From assembly GCA_028534125.1 (NCBI GenBank), contig CM052817.1, positions 48,300,001 to 48,364,000 of the forward strand: a stretch of 64,000 nt of DNA. The letters run 5' to 3'. Of the stretch, positions 39,886-52,905 are shown piece after piece (the stretch's first letter is position 1; every line of letters begins with the position of its first letter). The DNA comes from Lama glama. Lineage: Eukaryota. Below the pieces are notes generated by a model. It was not told the DNA's origin and searched no databases. It was given only the letters and a program-made list of their open reading frames with translations. A program made the translations under genes and the position numbers.

Positions 39886-40234
39886 CCAGTCAGAGCATCT
39901 TTACCAACCTCAGATGAACCCACAGAGCATCTTCAAGTCATCATTTCAGAGCTTAAAACTTTGTACTCCTTAAGGTGCCATTTTTTTTTAGTTCAAGTAT
40001 TAATTTACTTCCTTCAACATGGGAGCCAAGTAAGTTAAGAAGGCTTCTAGAATAGAGCCAATAATTGGAATCAGGAAGGAATAATGAAGGTACTGAGGCA
40101 GAAGTTGGAAGAGTGGGAAAGAAAGGAGCTGCTTCTTCGAAGTAGCTATTTGGCCCATCAGTGGGGAAATGGATATACCCAGTTGTGGCTTCTTCTCAAA
40201 TGTAATCTCCATAGTAGTTAAAACGAATAACATC

Positions 40235-40700
40235 TAACATAGCAATCTGGGGGGGAAAAATCTGAAAAACTTGATCTTGAATGAAGAAGTCAAGTTGGAA
40301 TATGCAACTTGAGCCAAATAATATTATACATTTAATTTTTAAACCCACAAAATAATATTATGTATTGATATGGACACACGCATAAACAAACTGCATGAAA
40401 CATTGATGGAAAGGAAAAACTCTACCTCAGGAATGGTTACTTCTGGAGAACTTACATAGTTACGGGCTAGAGAGAGGTACTCAGGGGACTTTATATCTGC
40501 AATGTTGTATTTATTTCAAAATATCTGAAACAAAGAAGTCAAAATGTGTGTATTTGTTCAGTGTAATGTGACTGCATGGTCACCTCTTATATCTGCTATA
40601 TCTGAAAATCTGTTATATTCATTTCTATAAATTCCTGAATATTTGAAAAAATATGCTTTCTCAACATAATTTTTTGTATGTTTAAAATAGTTTATCTTTT
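40235..40700 (+). mobile_element. Decayed L1ME-type 3' UTR
   Basis: TTGAATGAAGAAGTCAAGTTG, AATGGTTACTTCTGGAG and GGGGACTTTATATCTGCAATGTT motifs. Confidence 0.5.
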
Positions 40701-42878
40701 CAACTGCACAACTGAGGTGGGAAAAGTTGTGAGAAATAGACAGTTATACGCTCTGATGTGGGGAATGTATTTATATATAATTTACATTGTCTTCTGAGGA
40801 AAAGAGAAAGAAGGCCATGGGAAAGAGACTGACCAGCCACTCACAAATACAAGGAATCTGGAGCCGTTTGGTGGCTGTTCTGAGCAGGCAATTTGGGAAG
40901 GGAGAATGTGTCCAAGTAATGGTTAGATAAAGCACAGGAGGGGAAAGGCAGATGAGAGGATACAGTGTCCTGTGGGTGGGGGAGCCACTTGTAAATGAAA
41001 TGTTTAAAACCTGAACTACAACTGGCTGCAAATGCACAGACTGGCTGGGCTGGAGCCAAGACTCAGGCACATGCAGGTTAGGGAGAATAAGAAGATACCC
41101 ACCACCCTTCCTCCTTCCTACAGACACAGGGTTTATTCGAATAAACTGGATTATTCGAGACTGTGGGTCCTCCTGGGAAAATAATTAAATCCTGACCCTA
41201 GTTAGGTTTCACACATATACAACTGTCTGTTTAGTTGAGGGCACCTCAAATAAAATAAGACATAACGAAAGACGACAGAAAATTTACCAAAAGGAGTAAG
41301 GTGTCTGGTGCAGTAAATTCAGCAAGAGGATCTAAGAAGTGGAGGGCAGAGAACTGAACAGCTAACAGCAGAGCCCAAGAAGAATCAGGCATTACAGCTG
41401 CATGTTTGGGCCCTGGTACATATGAATTAACAGTTGTCTCACAGCTTAGAAATTTTGGGGCACATGATTCCCAAAATTGGAGAAAGAAGCACTCTATTTT
41501 TCGTTCTCAAAAGTGAAACTAGCCAAGCGATTAGCAAGGATCTCAAATGAGAAGGTGTTGGTGGCAGCCAAGTCCCAGCTCACTGGGCTCAAAGGCAGCT
41601 GCATCACCAGAGTTTCAACTAGATTAGTTCCAGGTGGAAGTTCTGGATGCAGCAGGAGCAACTCGGAAGACAGCACTGCACGTCTAACTCATTGTGCTCC
41701 AGGGCCAACCAAGCCTGTTCCAGGACCCTTCATCTTCGCTGTAACATAGAGAGAGGAAGCATTCTTTCTATCACTTTGCCAAAGTGCTATTGGCTGCAGT
41801 GCCTGAGACGAGAGCCACCCTGAGGCAGGACGGCAGCGTTGCGGCAGCTGGCCACCAATGAGGCAGCAGCACCAAGCCTTTCACTCAGATCTGCAGCTAG
41901 AATGCAGCAGCAACAGCAGAATTCCAGTTTGGGCAGCTGTGGCAACCCAGTTTAGGAAGCCCCAGGAGTGAGCTCTAGCCTGGACTCAGCATGGATAAGT
42001 GACAAGCACCCTGTGGGGGAGTTTTCACAAATACATGGAGGAGGGGAACTCCAAAGGAACCACAATGGGTAGGTGGGGTGCAGAGCAATTGAGATGTGAA
42101 TGCTTTTGTGTTCCCAGGGTGGGCAGAGCTGAGATGTTCAAGTTACCATAACTTGCTGCTGTGAAAGACGGCACATTTATGAAAGACTTCGTGCTTTGGA
42201 GGAAAAAAACATAAGAATGTAAATCACAAATTTGAATTAGATCATTCTTCCCAATATTTTTGTATCCCTCTAAGATATGGAATCTTCTAGAAGGATTTTT
42301 GGTTAAGAAAATAAAGAACAGGAAGGGAGGAGGAAAAGGAGGAAGACACTGCAAATGATCAAATATATCCAAATTATGTCAAATTATGTCATGATGACAA
42401 TCTCTTCGATTGTAAACAGTGAGAAACATGTAATAGTTGAGACTGCTTTAAATGGAACTTGGTGTAGGAGCTAAAATTTTAACCTGAAGCCTGATGGTAT
42501 AAGGGGAGAGGTGACAGCACCCCTGCAGCAGGGACAATTGAGGATCTAAATCCAGGTGAAATAAGGAGGGCTGAGCAATAACTGTGACCACAGAGTTGAC
42601 CTCAAATCAAAAAGCCCCCCAATGAACATTAAAAGCCCTGAACATTTAAAAGCCAAGAAATCTTCAATTTACAAAGCATCTGAATACACAAAGAAAGAAA
42701 AGTAATGAAAGTGAGAAAGGCAGGGGTAGCCGAAACACCTGAGATAATTCTGATGCAATATTGAGCATTGTCCGGCAACATGGATAGAAAGGGAAGCTAG
42801 TCACCCTCTTACATGTGCCCTATGTGGAGAGGCATTTTAGCCAATTTGTTTGTTTCAAGCGCAGGTAACCTTACTTAC

Positions 42879-42960
42879 CCAGCACTTTGCCCATATCAGG
42901 AATCATGCTGTCTTCCCTGAGAGATCCCTCTCTGGCTTAAGCGGTCCCATCAGCTGCTAT
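42879..42960 (-). other. candidate exon (82 nt; UTR-like or ATG-containing)
   Basis: Minus strand acceptor CTCTCCCTTTGCCACCCTCTCAG and donor TGG|GTAAGT; stops in all three frames near its 5' end; ATG at 42906 open to the donor. Confidence 0.4.
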
Positions 42961-44899
42961 CTGAGAGGGTGGCAAAGGGAGAGTGTGCGCTGACCCCAGA
43001 GAACCTGGTCCAGCCTCCTGAACACATGCAGGCTGTCTCTTCCTTCCTGAGTCTTGCACAGGTATAAACACATGAACATCACGGCAAAGGATCACATGGG
43101 GACCAGGAAAGACGCACGCATGCTGCACTCCTGCTGTCAAGGTAACAACTGCCTTCGAGTCCTGGCAACAAGAATCCCTTCTGGAGCTGCTGTCAGAGAA
43201 ACTACAGGATTAGCCAAACTTCTCCCACTGGGGAGGTCACCACCCTCCAGAAGGCAGATCAATAGAATAATCCCCCCAGAGAAGGCTGTGGCTGGTAGAA
43301 CACTCACCAGCATTGCTCAGTTGTGGGGGATGCAGCCCACAGTCCTTACACTCCACACCTTCTTATAGCTCTCAGTCAAGACTTAGTACCCACAGAGGAG
43401 TCTACCTCCAGAGTGACATATGATGACTTGTTGGCAGCCTGGCCTCTATGGAAAATGATTCATCAGCAATCACAGCACTTTCTTCTCGTGAAATTCAAAT
43501 CCTGTCATCAGAGGACTTGAGGGTTTGATGATACCTGGAGATCATTCTGACTGCAGAATTTTTAATGGAATAGCATGCCTGAAATTCACAGCACAAAAGG
43601 ACAAGTCTCTTCTACAGCCAGAGGTGTCCTAACACATCGCATGTGTGCCCATATTTCCCCTGCCTCAACCAAATCATGTAAGTTTGCAATAGGAATGCCT
43701 AGCAATTGTGAGACCTCCAGAACCCTGGCCCCTCTCCAGTAAGGGTCTCATAAGCAATGATGATCACAGTTCTTGCAGCAACGAACAACTGACGCCACTT
43801 TCCTGTCCTCCTGGCTCCCTGAGATGACCGCCAAGGCCTCTGAGACTTTCATCTTTGCCACAAAAGCACTCTAAAGCTGACAAAGAATAAACATTACCTT
43901 ACAACTCCACCAGAGCCGGGAACAGCTCTTCATGACTTAGTGCCTAAATTATTATATGGATCCCCAAACAGCAATGTTTTGTTTTTCCAATGTTCCCAAG
44001 ATTTTCATGACAGTGTCTCTTTGACATTTTACACACAGGCCCTCCTTAGTACTCAGACAGGGCTCCATGGGAACCAGACAGAGTATGAGCTGCATGAAGA
44101 CTCTTCACTGTGCCCCCAAATCACCCTACCCACCCCCACCAATCCTTTAGAATGAGCCATTGCTGAGCAGGCTTCTCAGGCTGCTCCTAGACACCTTGCA
44201 CTTTTAAGGGAGCCTGAGACACAGGCCTCCCAGAATGACCAAACCTGGGATCAACACAGTAAGGTGCCAGTTGAGGTCCCCCTACTTTATTTACAACCAT
44301 GGATATCACTCTCTCAAGGAAAATTACTCTTCCCCACAATAGAAGACAAAGCTATCTTTAAACAAAGGAGAAGGGCTTCAGCTAAGCAAGAGCAAAGATT
44401 ATGCACATGTCCACATGTCCAAGAGAGAGGACTAGAGTGTGCTGAGGAAAACCAGAGTCAGAAAGCTCACGGCTTGAAAAATTCTCCCTATGGGTGACCT
44501 TTTCTACCAAGAATCAAGGCTTTTCTATTGTTAGAAACATAAAATCTCAAGGAGATGCCTGACTTCCATCTCTCTTAACCCTGATATCCTCAACCATGGA
44601 AATCAAAGGATGTTAACTTTTGGGACTCTCATAAGAGCTATAGATCTTCTCCTCAGGAAAACCAACACAGACACCCCCGTACAAAATTGTGCCTATAATT
44701 TTGGTAGAAGATGACTCACAAACCTCCTTAAAATTCAGGTTAAGGATCCCTGAACTAGATGATTACTGAGATCTCTTCCAAATTTAAAGTGAGTTAATAG
44801 ACATTCTGGTTACACTTGACAAATTGAACAATCTCGTTTTTCTTTGCTCACAAGAAAAAATGATAACAACAGAAAAATAATAGGAGATGATGGGATGGA

Positions 44900-46331
44900 T
44901 GTCGAGATATTAACAAAATAACAGGAAGTAGAAAGTGAATGGACAAGTGAAACAGACTTAGCTGAGCAGAGATTTAAGTAGCTGTACCAAAATCATTCAG
45001 TTCACCACTCAGAACATTGGAACAGCTCTGAAACTGAAGACTGGTACCTATGAAAGTAAAAGTGAGAAGGGAAGTCTTACCCTTTTATATAGGCTCTATC
45101 AAAGGCCGGTAACTAATTCTGTATTCTTCTTTTGAAAACAAGCCCCTAAATTGTATAAACTTTATGCCCCAATAATCTTGAATTTGTCCTTAGTTGGGGC
45201 TGAAACAAAGATAAATTGAAAGCCTTTATTAGTAACAATTAGATCCCAAGAAGCTCTTCCTCAAACCACACAACCAGGGAACTACATGGCTGAAGACAAA
45301 AGATGTACTCACTTAGACGTTAAAATAGCTATATCTCAGCTATGGGCAGGGATGAGGGCCCATACTGAAAGTGAGGGCGTTAAATAAAAATCTGCATACT
45401 GAATTGTGGAAACCAAGACTCCTCCCTCCCTATAGCTCCCATAATGCTGATAGTCAGTTGTCCTTGTAAGAGGTTGGAGATTTTTTCTCTGGAGAAACTA
45501 CAGAAGTTGGCATTTGCAAGTCCTTTAATAGAACAGCTGTCCAATCACTCTACAGTAAAACTAACAAGAATACAAGCCTGCAGAGCTTCCAACCATCTTC
45601 TCTGTAGCTCACTTTAAAATATGAGTGGACACAAATGATAAATCCTGGAGAGGGTGTGGAGAAAAGGGAGCCCTCCTACACTGTTTGTGGGAATGTAATT
45701 TGGTGCAACCACTATGGAGGACAGTATGGAGGTTCCTGAAAAAACTGAAAATAGACTTACCATATGATCTAGTAGTCCCACTCAAGGGCATATATCTGGA
45801 GGAAACTCTGATTAGAAAAGATACATGCACCCCAATCTTCATAGCAGCACTATTTACAATAGACAAGACATGGAAGCAAACTAAATGCCCATTGACAGAT
45901 GATTGGATAAAGAAGATATGGTATATATATGTAATGTAATACTCAGCCATAAAAAGGAATGAAATAATTCCATCTGCAGAAACATGGATGAACCTAGAGG
46001 TCATCATACTAAGTGAAGTAAGCCAGAAAGAGATAAATGCCATATGATATCATTTACATGTAGAATCTAAAAAAAAAAAATGATACAAATGAACTTATTT
46101 ACAAAACAGAAACAGACTTACAGACATAGAGAACAAATTTTGGTTACCAGTGAGGAAAAGGAGGGAGAGGAGGTATAAATTGGGAGTTCTGGATTTGCAG
46201 ATACTAACTACTACATTTAAAATAGATAAACAACAAGGTCCTACTGTAAAGCACAGGGAAATGTATTCCATATCTTGTAATAACCTATAGTGAAAAAGAA
46301 TATGAAAAGGAATATATATATATATGAAAAG

Positions 46332-46385
<54 letters not shown>

Positions 46386-46830
46386 CTGAATCATTACGCT
46401 GTACACCAGAAACTAACACAACATTGTAAATCGACTCTACTTTGATTAAAAAAAATTACATGAGTGAACAGTAAAGAAATCACCAAACATTTAAGGACCA
46501 TCTGCAACATGAAAGTCAGAGGCTAAAACATACAAACGGGGGGAAAACAAAACAAAACAAAATTTTGAAGAAATAGGCAATGCAGGGTACAAGATTTTTA
46601 AATTGTTGACTATAATTAAACTCAGGCGAGAGAGGTTATAACATACACCTACCTTAGATTTTTATTTATAAAAGAATATTTTTAAAAAACCATGAAAGAA
46701 CTCTTAGAGGTTATATGTGATTGCCAAAATTTCGAAAACACTCGATCCAAGATTTGGAAGATAAGTTGAGGAAATCTCCCAGTAATAGAACAAAAGAGTA
46801 AAGAGAAAATTGGGCAGAGTAAAAGTAAAC
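44900..46830 (+). mobile_element. Old L1 (L1ME/L1MD-like) 5' UTR-ORF1 relic hosting later insertions
   Basis: TTGGAAGATAAGTTGAGGAAATCTCCCAG...AGAACAAAAGAG and GAAATCACCAAACATTTAAGGA resemble old L1 ORF1. Confidence 0.5.
45632..46455 (+). mobile_element. 5'-truncated L1 (ORF2 C-terminus plus 3' UTR) with expanded (TA)n
   Basis: ORF 45625-45939 [34 protein letters not shown] is the L1 ORF2p C-terminal domain; target-site duplication ATGAGTGGACA (45621-45631) / ATGAGTGAACA (46460-46470); (TA)n at about 46334-46383. Confidence 0.95.
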
Positions 46831-46836
46831 GCCAGG

Positions 46837-46930
46837 GGGTAGAATTCTAAGATGGGCCCCAAGATTCCCTGCTGGTGTACAGGCCGTTGTATAATCCCCT
46901 CCCACAGAGTGTGGGTGGAACGTGTGTCAA
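46837..46930 (+). mobile_element. MLT1E-like MaLR LTR 5' fragment
   Basis: AGAATTCTAAGATGGGCCCCAAGATTCCC..CTGGTGTACA...TGTATAATCCCCTCCC..GAGTGTGGG. Confidence 0.7.
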
Positions 46931-46939
46931 CAAGATGCC

Positions 46940-47332
46940 AATTTCTCTTCTCTTTGACAACACTTGTTATCATATGTCTTTTTTTAATTATAAGCATCTT
47001 ATTAGGTGTGAAGTATTATCTGTGTGATTTTGATTTGCATTTCCCTGATAGTTAATGATATTACATGATATTATGCATCTTTTTATGTGTTATTAGCCAT
47101 TTGTATATTTTCTTTGGAGAAATGTCTAGATGCTTTGCTCATTTTTAAATTAGGTTATTTATCTTTGCATTGCTGAATTTTAGGAGTTCTTTATGTATTC
47201 TAGATATATCTCTTATCAGATATATGATTTGTAAAAATTTTCTCCCATTCTGTGGGCTGTCTTTTCATTTTTTGAATGATGTCCTTTGAAGCAGTTTTTA
47301 ATTCTGATGATGCCCAATGTATCTACTTTTTT
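46940..47332 (-). mobile_element. L1 ORF2 fragment, antisense
   Basis: TTTTGATTTGCATTTCCCTGA...TTCTTTGGAGAAATGTCTA...TTTTCTCCCATTCTGTGGGCTGTCTTTTCA. Confidence 0.88.
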
Positions 47333-47642
47333 TTATACCAAATAATTTTTTAAACATCATTCGATCTCTTCCTTGACATGCAAGCTCTCTTCTTAAGCTC
47401 CTCTTAGATTCTACTTATACCATGGTCCTCTCAGACAAACTCTGCCCAGTTTAAATTGATAATTCCCTTCTGGGGCCAACTCTACACCTCTCCCATACCT
47501 TGAATAGATTTCTAACTGACTCATTACACTTACTGATTGATGTACAGTATTTCTATTCCTAACTAGGTTGTGAACAACTTGAGGGTACAGTACTATTATT
47601 CAACTTTGTATTTTTAAATAAACAATTCTTTAAAATCTGGAA

Positions 47643-48295
47643 CAATGTGGAGATTCCTCAAAAAACAAAAAGAATAGAACGACTCTTGGAAGTACTCATT
47701 TCTGAAGAAAATGAAAACACTAATTCAAACAGATACATGCACCACAATGCCCATAGCAGCATTATTTACAATAGGCAAGATAGAAAAGCAACCCAAGTGT
47801 CCATCAAAGATGAATGGATAAGGAAGCTGTGGTATATACATACAATGGAGTATTACTCCGCCATAGAATAGAATGAAATGCCGCCATTGGCAACAATGTG
47901 GATGGACCTGGAAGGTACTATGCTGAGTGAAATAAGTCAGATAAAGAAAGACAAATACTTTATGTTGTCACTTATATGTTGAATCTAAAAAATAAAACAA
48001 ATGAATGAATGAATGTAACAAAACAGAAACAGACTTACAGATAATAGAGAACAAACTAGTAGTTACCAGTGGGGAGAGGGAAGGAGGGAGAGGTGATATA
48101 GGGGTAGGGGATTAAGAGATACAAACTACTATGTTTAAAATAAATAAGCTACAAGGAATATCGTACAGTACAGGAAAATATAGCCATTATTTTTAATAAC
48201 TTTAAATGGAGTATAATCTTTAAAAAAAGTTGAAACACTATGTTATTCATACCTGAAACTAATATAATATTGGAAATCAATTAATTTCAACAACA
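47643..48295 (+). mobile_element. 5'-truncated L1 3' end inserted in an L2 tail
   Basis: GGAGATTCCTCAAAAAA...CAAGTGTCCATCAAAGATGAATGGATA...CCTGAAACTAATATAATATTG; perfect target-site duplication AAAATCTGGAA at 47632-47642 and 48296-48306. Confidence 0.92.
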
Positions 48296-49334
48296 AAAAT
48301 CTGGAATATACTGGGCATTCAACTAATGTCTGATAAATAAATGAAGAATAAGCGAATTAATGAATAAATGCCAACTGTATGTTCAGCAATGGTTTGATGC
48401 ATGTTGAGGGTCTACAGTGTGTTGGTTAACTTCCAGAACCCCTTCATGGTACAGTACTATATCCAAATCTTTTCTTGTGCTATCTTTTCTACATAAAATA
48501 CATCCTTTTTTTCTTTTAGTTTCTAGAATCTCATCTTTTCCTATCAAGATTTTCCCAAGGAATAGGATGAAAGGAAGACCCATTCTATCTGAACATGCAT
48601 TTTCCTGAAACTCACACCCGATTAACATAAATATATCTGTACTAATTTCTCCAAATAATGTATAATAATTCACTATATTACTATATTCAGTAATTCTGTT
48701 ATCTGCTAATGTACAGAAAAAAATCTTAATTATCTATTTTTATTGGAAGAAACTAAATGAGTACAGTAGGAGAAAAAACAAGGGGAGTGTGACCATACCA
48801 AATCTTGCTTTCAAATCCTTAGGTATCATTAAGCAGAATACATAACAAAACCACCTGCTACCTTATTCCTTACTTACTTTTTTCCCCTATGTAGCCTATA
48901 ACCAAAATTTCTCATCCAAAATACTGATCCTCTTAAAATGAGCGAAAGTCTAATGACAAAAACAAGCAAAATTGTTATAACAAGTAACTTGTTCATTAGC
49001 ATGGATAATGAAGAGTTGAGTAAATGTCTTATTTTAGTCTTTGTCTACCCAACGTAGAGTGTAATGGGTAGAAAAAGATAAAAACCAAAATTAAAAATAT
49101 ATACTCTAAGAATTCCAGGACCATTTTTTATTAATCAGCTTCATATAGAACCTTCACACATATCCTATCATGTTTGATTTTTAAAAGTTCATATATACAA
49201 AATATTTTGCAAAAATAAATGCCTGCTAATGCAAAATACAAATACATCCATGTACTACAGAAGAATCAAATACATTACAGGAAACAAAAACAAATAAACC
49301 TGTACATTAAAGTGTCAAGGACTAAAGGAAATTT

Positions 49335-49835
49335 TATTTATTCAACCAGTATTTATCAAGCATCTACTTCATTTGTCAGATATCATTCTAGGCACTGAGA
49401 ACACAGTGGTGAACAAAACAAGTCCATGCTCTGGTGGAGTTTACATTCTAGCGCAGACAGACAGACTATAAACAAATAAATAATCTGTCAAGTGGTGGTA
49501 AAAACAATAACAAAACACAAGGCTGGGTAAAAGGAATAGCAGAGGCATGTAGACAGGGTGGTCAGCTAAGGCCTGTTTAATAAGATGACATTTAAGCAGA
49601 AACCTGAAGGAAGTGCGGGAGTAAGCCATGAAGAGATCTGAGCGGAAAGCATGCTAAGAGGAGCACCCAGCAGGGCAAAGTCCCTGGGACCAGTGTGCCT
49701 GGTGTATTCAAAGAACAGCAGAGGCCAGTCTGCTGCGAAGTGAGCAAGGAGGAAAGCAGTAAGAAGTGGAGAGCATGCGGTACCTTGTGGAGCATAGTAA
49801 GGTCTTTTGTCTTGTCTCTGATTGAAATGAAACAA
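49335..49835 (-). mobile_element. L2a-like 3' fragment
   Basis: TTTATTCAACCAGTATTTATCAAGCATCTAC...CTAGGCACTGAGAACACAGTGGTGAACAAAACA...GACATTTAAGCAGAAACCTGAAGGA. Confidence 0.85.
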
Positions 49836-50685
49836 AAGATGGGATTACATTTCCTTTACCCTACTGAAGAAGCCAGTCCTTTATTTGTATCTGGGATGGA
49901 GTGGAAGGAAGGAAAGGAATACATGAACAGGAACCACAATACTAGGAGGGCAGAGACTGGTTCTGATGAACTCAAGACTGCTTTGAAATCCACTTCAGGG
50001 TCATAACATATGGCTCTTGTAATTTTTATCTGAAAACATTGTTAATAGCAGGCGGACATTCATGATTTCCTTCAGTCCTAATGCAGTAACCTCCTATTTT
50101 CCTATCAGGTGAGATGGGAATGGTAGTCTAAATTCAGCCTAATCATGGTGCCAATAATAGCACAAAAGGGAAGAGCGCATCTGAGCTGGAGATCCCCAAT
50201 TTCTGCCTCTGAATTAAGCCTTGTTACTGGTCCTCCAGATTCAGGTTAATCCCCATCCTACCTGAGCAAACTCAGAGGAGAGGCATCGGCACTCTACTGC
50301 AACTAGACTGCAGAACAAACAACCACCAAGCACTAGCCAGGCAAATGTGCCAGCATCCAGCAGCCTTGTCTTTCTAGTTGCTGTATTTTTAGCAGTCACT
50401 GCTGAGCAACTCATTTTCCCACACTAAGGCAACTAGAACAATTTTCCAACAGAACTTGCACAAAATATCACCAGCTAATTTGTTTGAACCTCATAACCTT
50501 TCTCTTTCTCTCCCTTTCTCCCTCCCTCCCTTTTTCTTAGTTACATTCTGAGCCCAAACTGTCTCCCTTAGAGATGAAGTCTCTCGCTGCTTTAGTGAAA
50601 GAATTTTTCTGTGTTTAATTTTAATGGTAAATTAGGTTCAAAGAAAAGAACAGCTATTTTGAGCAATATTAAGATTGTACTGTGG

Positions 50686-50739
50686 CGGATAATGCCAAGA
50701 TGGCTGAGTAGAAGGACACGCAGCTCACCTCCTCCCACG
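50686..50739 (+). mobile_element. 54-nt L1 5'-terminus remnant between 15-bp direct repeats
   Basis: CCAAGATGGCTGAGTAGAAGGACACGCAGCTCACCTCCTCCCAC resembles laurasiatherian L1 5' ends; flanked by AAGATTGTACTGTGG (50671-50685) / AAGACTGTACTGTGG (50740-50754). Confidence 0.75.
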
Positions 50740-51144
50740 AAGACTGTACTGTGGGGTTCAGGTCCTCCTGGCGAATTCTCTTCCTAGTGAAATACTTTTG
50801 TGGTAATTGATGCAAAAGAAATGAAAAATAATTTATTCTTCAAAATGGATACCAGCCAGGGAGCTCTATGGGAATTCCTGCTGCCTCATGGCTGAGCCTA
50901 GTCTCCTCTTCACAGCTGCCACCACCTGGTCCTCATCTTCCTAAACCCACTGGGATTCGAAGACTTGTTCATCACTATGGAGAAAACAGAAATGTGCCAG
51001 AAATTTAAATTGTGATAATGTCACAACAAAATTTTAAATATCACCTAGTTCTTCAAGTAATTAATTCCTATTCTACACCGGCATCTACCTGGGGGCAAGC
51101 AAGTCACTTATAACGCCTTTCCTGAATTTTCTAAGAAGTGTCTG

Positions 51145-51415
51145 TTATCCATCAAGTTTTTACTGAGCATGTATGATGTGCCCAGTATTGTTTTAGATGC
51201 CAAAGATATAGCAGTAAACAAGCAAACAAAAAAGGTAAAAATCCCTGCTGTTGTTTCCAGTGGAGGGACCTTGGAGAACGGTGATAACACTAAGGAGGAA
51301 AATGAACCAGGACATGAGGCTAGGAAGGTCCGGGAAGGGGGTTGGGGTGGGGGGCCGGTGCAATTTTAAACAGGTGGCCAGGGAGGTTTATCACTGAGAA
51401 GATTCATTTGAACAA
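51145..51415 (-). mobile_element. L2 3' fragment
   Basis: TTTACTGAGCATGTATGATGTGCCCAGTATTGTTTTAGATGC...ATATAGCAGTAAACAA. Confidence 0.7.
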
Positions 51416-51689
51416 ATACATGACAGATTCGAACACATATGATACCCTTTCAAAAAGCATTTTGACTTTATGCCATTTCCTTTCTAAAAACATATGCGCT
51501 GTGGTGGTTTTAAGGAAGCATATTTTATAGCCTTTTTGATAATTTTACATGAATTTAAATGTTAGTTCAAAGATGACCATTCTCATAATTATTACCTAAT
51601 ACTGTCCTGAAGGAGACAAACATAACTTGTAGATCATCCATCAATTGCTTCAACTTTTAAAGGGAGAACAAAAGACAAATTTCTACTTT

Positions 51690-52905
51690 TAAAAGAGAAG
51701 TCAGCAATGTGAATGGTTACAAAATTAGTATACAAGTATTAATTGTCTTCACATGTGTTAATACAAACATCCAGTTTAAAAATACAAAGATAAAAATCTC
51801 ACTTATAATAACAATAGAACATGGCAAAATATTTAGGAATAAACTTGACAAGAAATGTGCAAGAACTATGGAGAAAATTTTAAAATACTACTAAGGAATA
51901 CAAAGAATAACCTTGAACACATGAAAATTAATACCACGTTCATGATTAGGAAGACTCAACATCAAGAAGAGAGCATTTCTCCCTAATTTAAACTTATAAT
52001 TTAATATGATCACAATAAAAATACAATCAGAATTTTTGCTGGAAAAATAGTGAGATATATTTAAAGTGCACATGGAAGAGAAAAAAATCAAAAGGCTGGG
52101 AAACTCTAAAAATATAAAATTAATAATAAGAGGGGAACAAGCCCACTATATTTATTTTTATTTTGAAACTTCACCAATTAAAATAGTGTGGTGCCACTGA
52201 ATGAGTGACAGACAGATGAGTGAAACAAAATAGAAGGTCTAGAAAAGACATATATTAAAGAATTTAGTATAAAGGTGGCATTGCACATCAGAGGGAGGTG
52301 GATGATTAAGTAAATGGTTTTAGAACAAGTAGGTTAGCTATCTATTAAAAATTATGTCACATTTATGTCAAAATAAATTTTTAGTACATAAAAGTTTAAA
52401 CTTTTTTTTTAAAACACAAAAGTGGGGGGAAAAAACCATAAAGCATAGACTCAGAGTAGGGAGGGCCTTACTAAATATACCACAAAACCCAGAAATCATT
52501 AAAAACTGATTAAGTTTAAATACATTAAAATTTTAAATTTCCACACAGCAAAAACACTAGGCAAAAATTTTTTAAAAAACAAATTTTCAACAAGTACAAA
52601 AAGGAATATCCGTACATTGCCGGTGGGAGTATAAATTGGTACTAGCTCTACTGAGAACAATTTGGCACTATTAAAATTAAATTTTAAGTGTCTATACATC
52701 TTTGACTCAGAAATTTCTCCTAGGAATTTATCCTCATTTGATACAAATGAGAAAAGACATATGCAAAGATATTTATGCAGCATTATTTAAAATATCAAAA
52801 TATTGAACCAATTGGGATACATCTATATAATGGAATCATATGCAACCTTCTAAGAGTAAGGCAAATCTGTAAGGACTGATACGGAACAATTTCCAAGATC
52901 ATTAT
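51690..52905 (+). mobile_element. Decayed old L1 ORF2 (L1ME-like)
   Basis: ATACCACGTTCATGATTAGGAAGACTCAACAT, ATTTAGGAATAAACTTGACAAGAAATGTGCAAG and GGTGGGAGTATAAATTGGTAC are degenerate ORF2 landmarks in order; many stops. Confidence 0.8.

Noticed and set aside
45609..46406. Hydrophobic minus-strand ORFs (144 aa, 103 aa)
   Set aside because: Antisense translations of L1 sequence and a (TA)n tract
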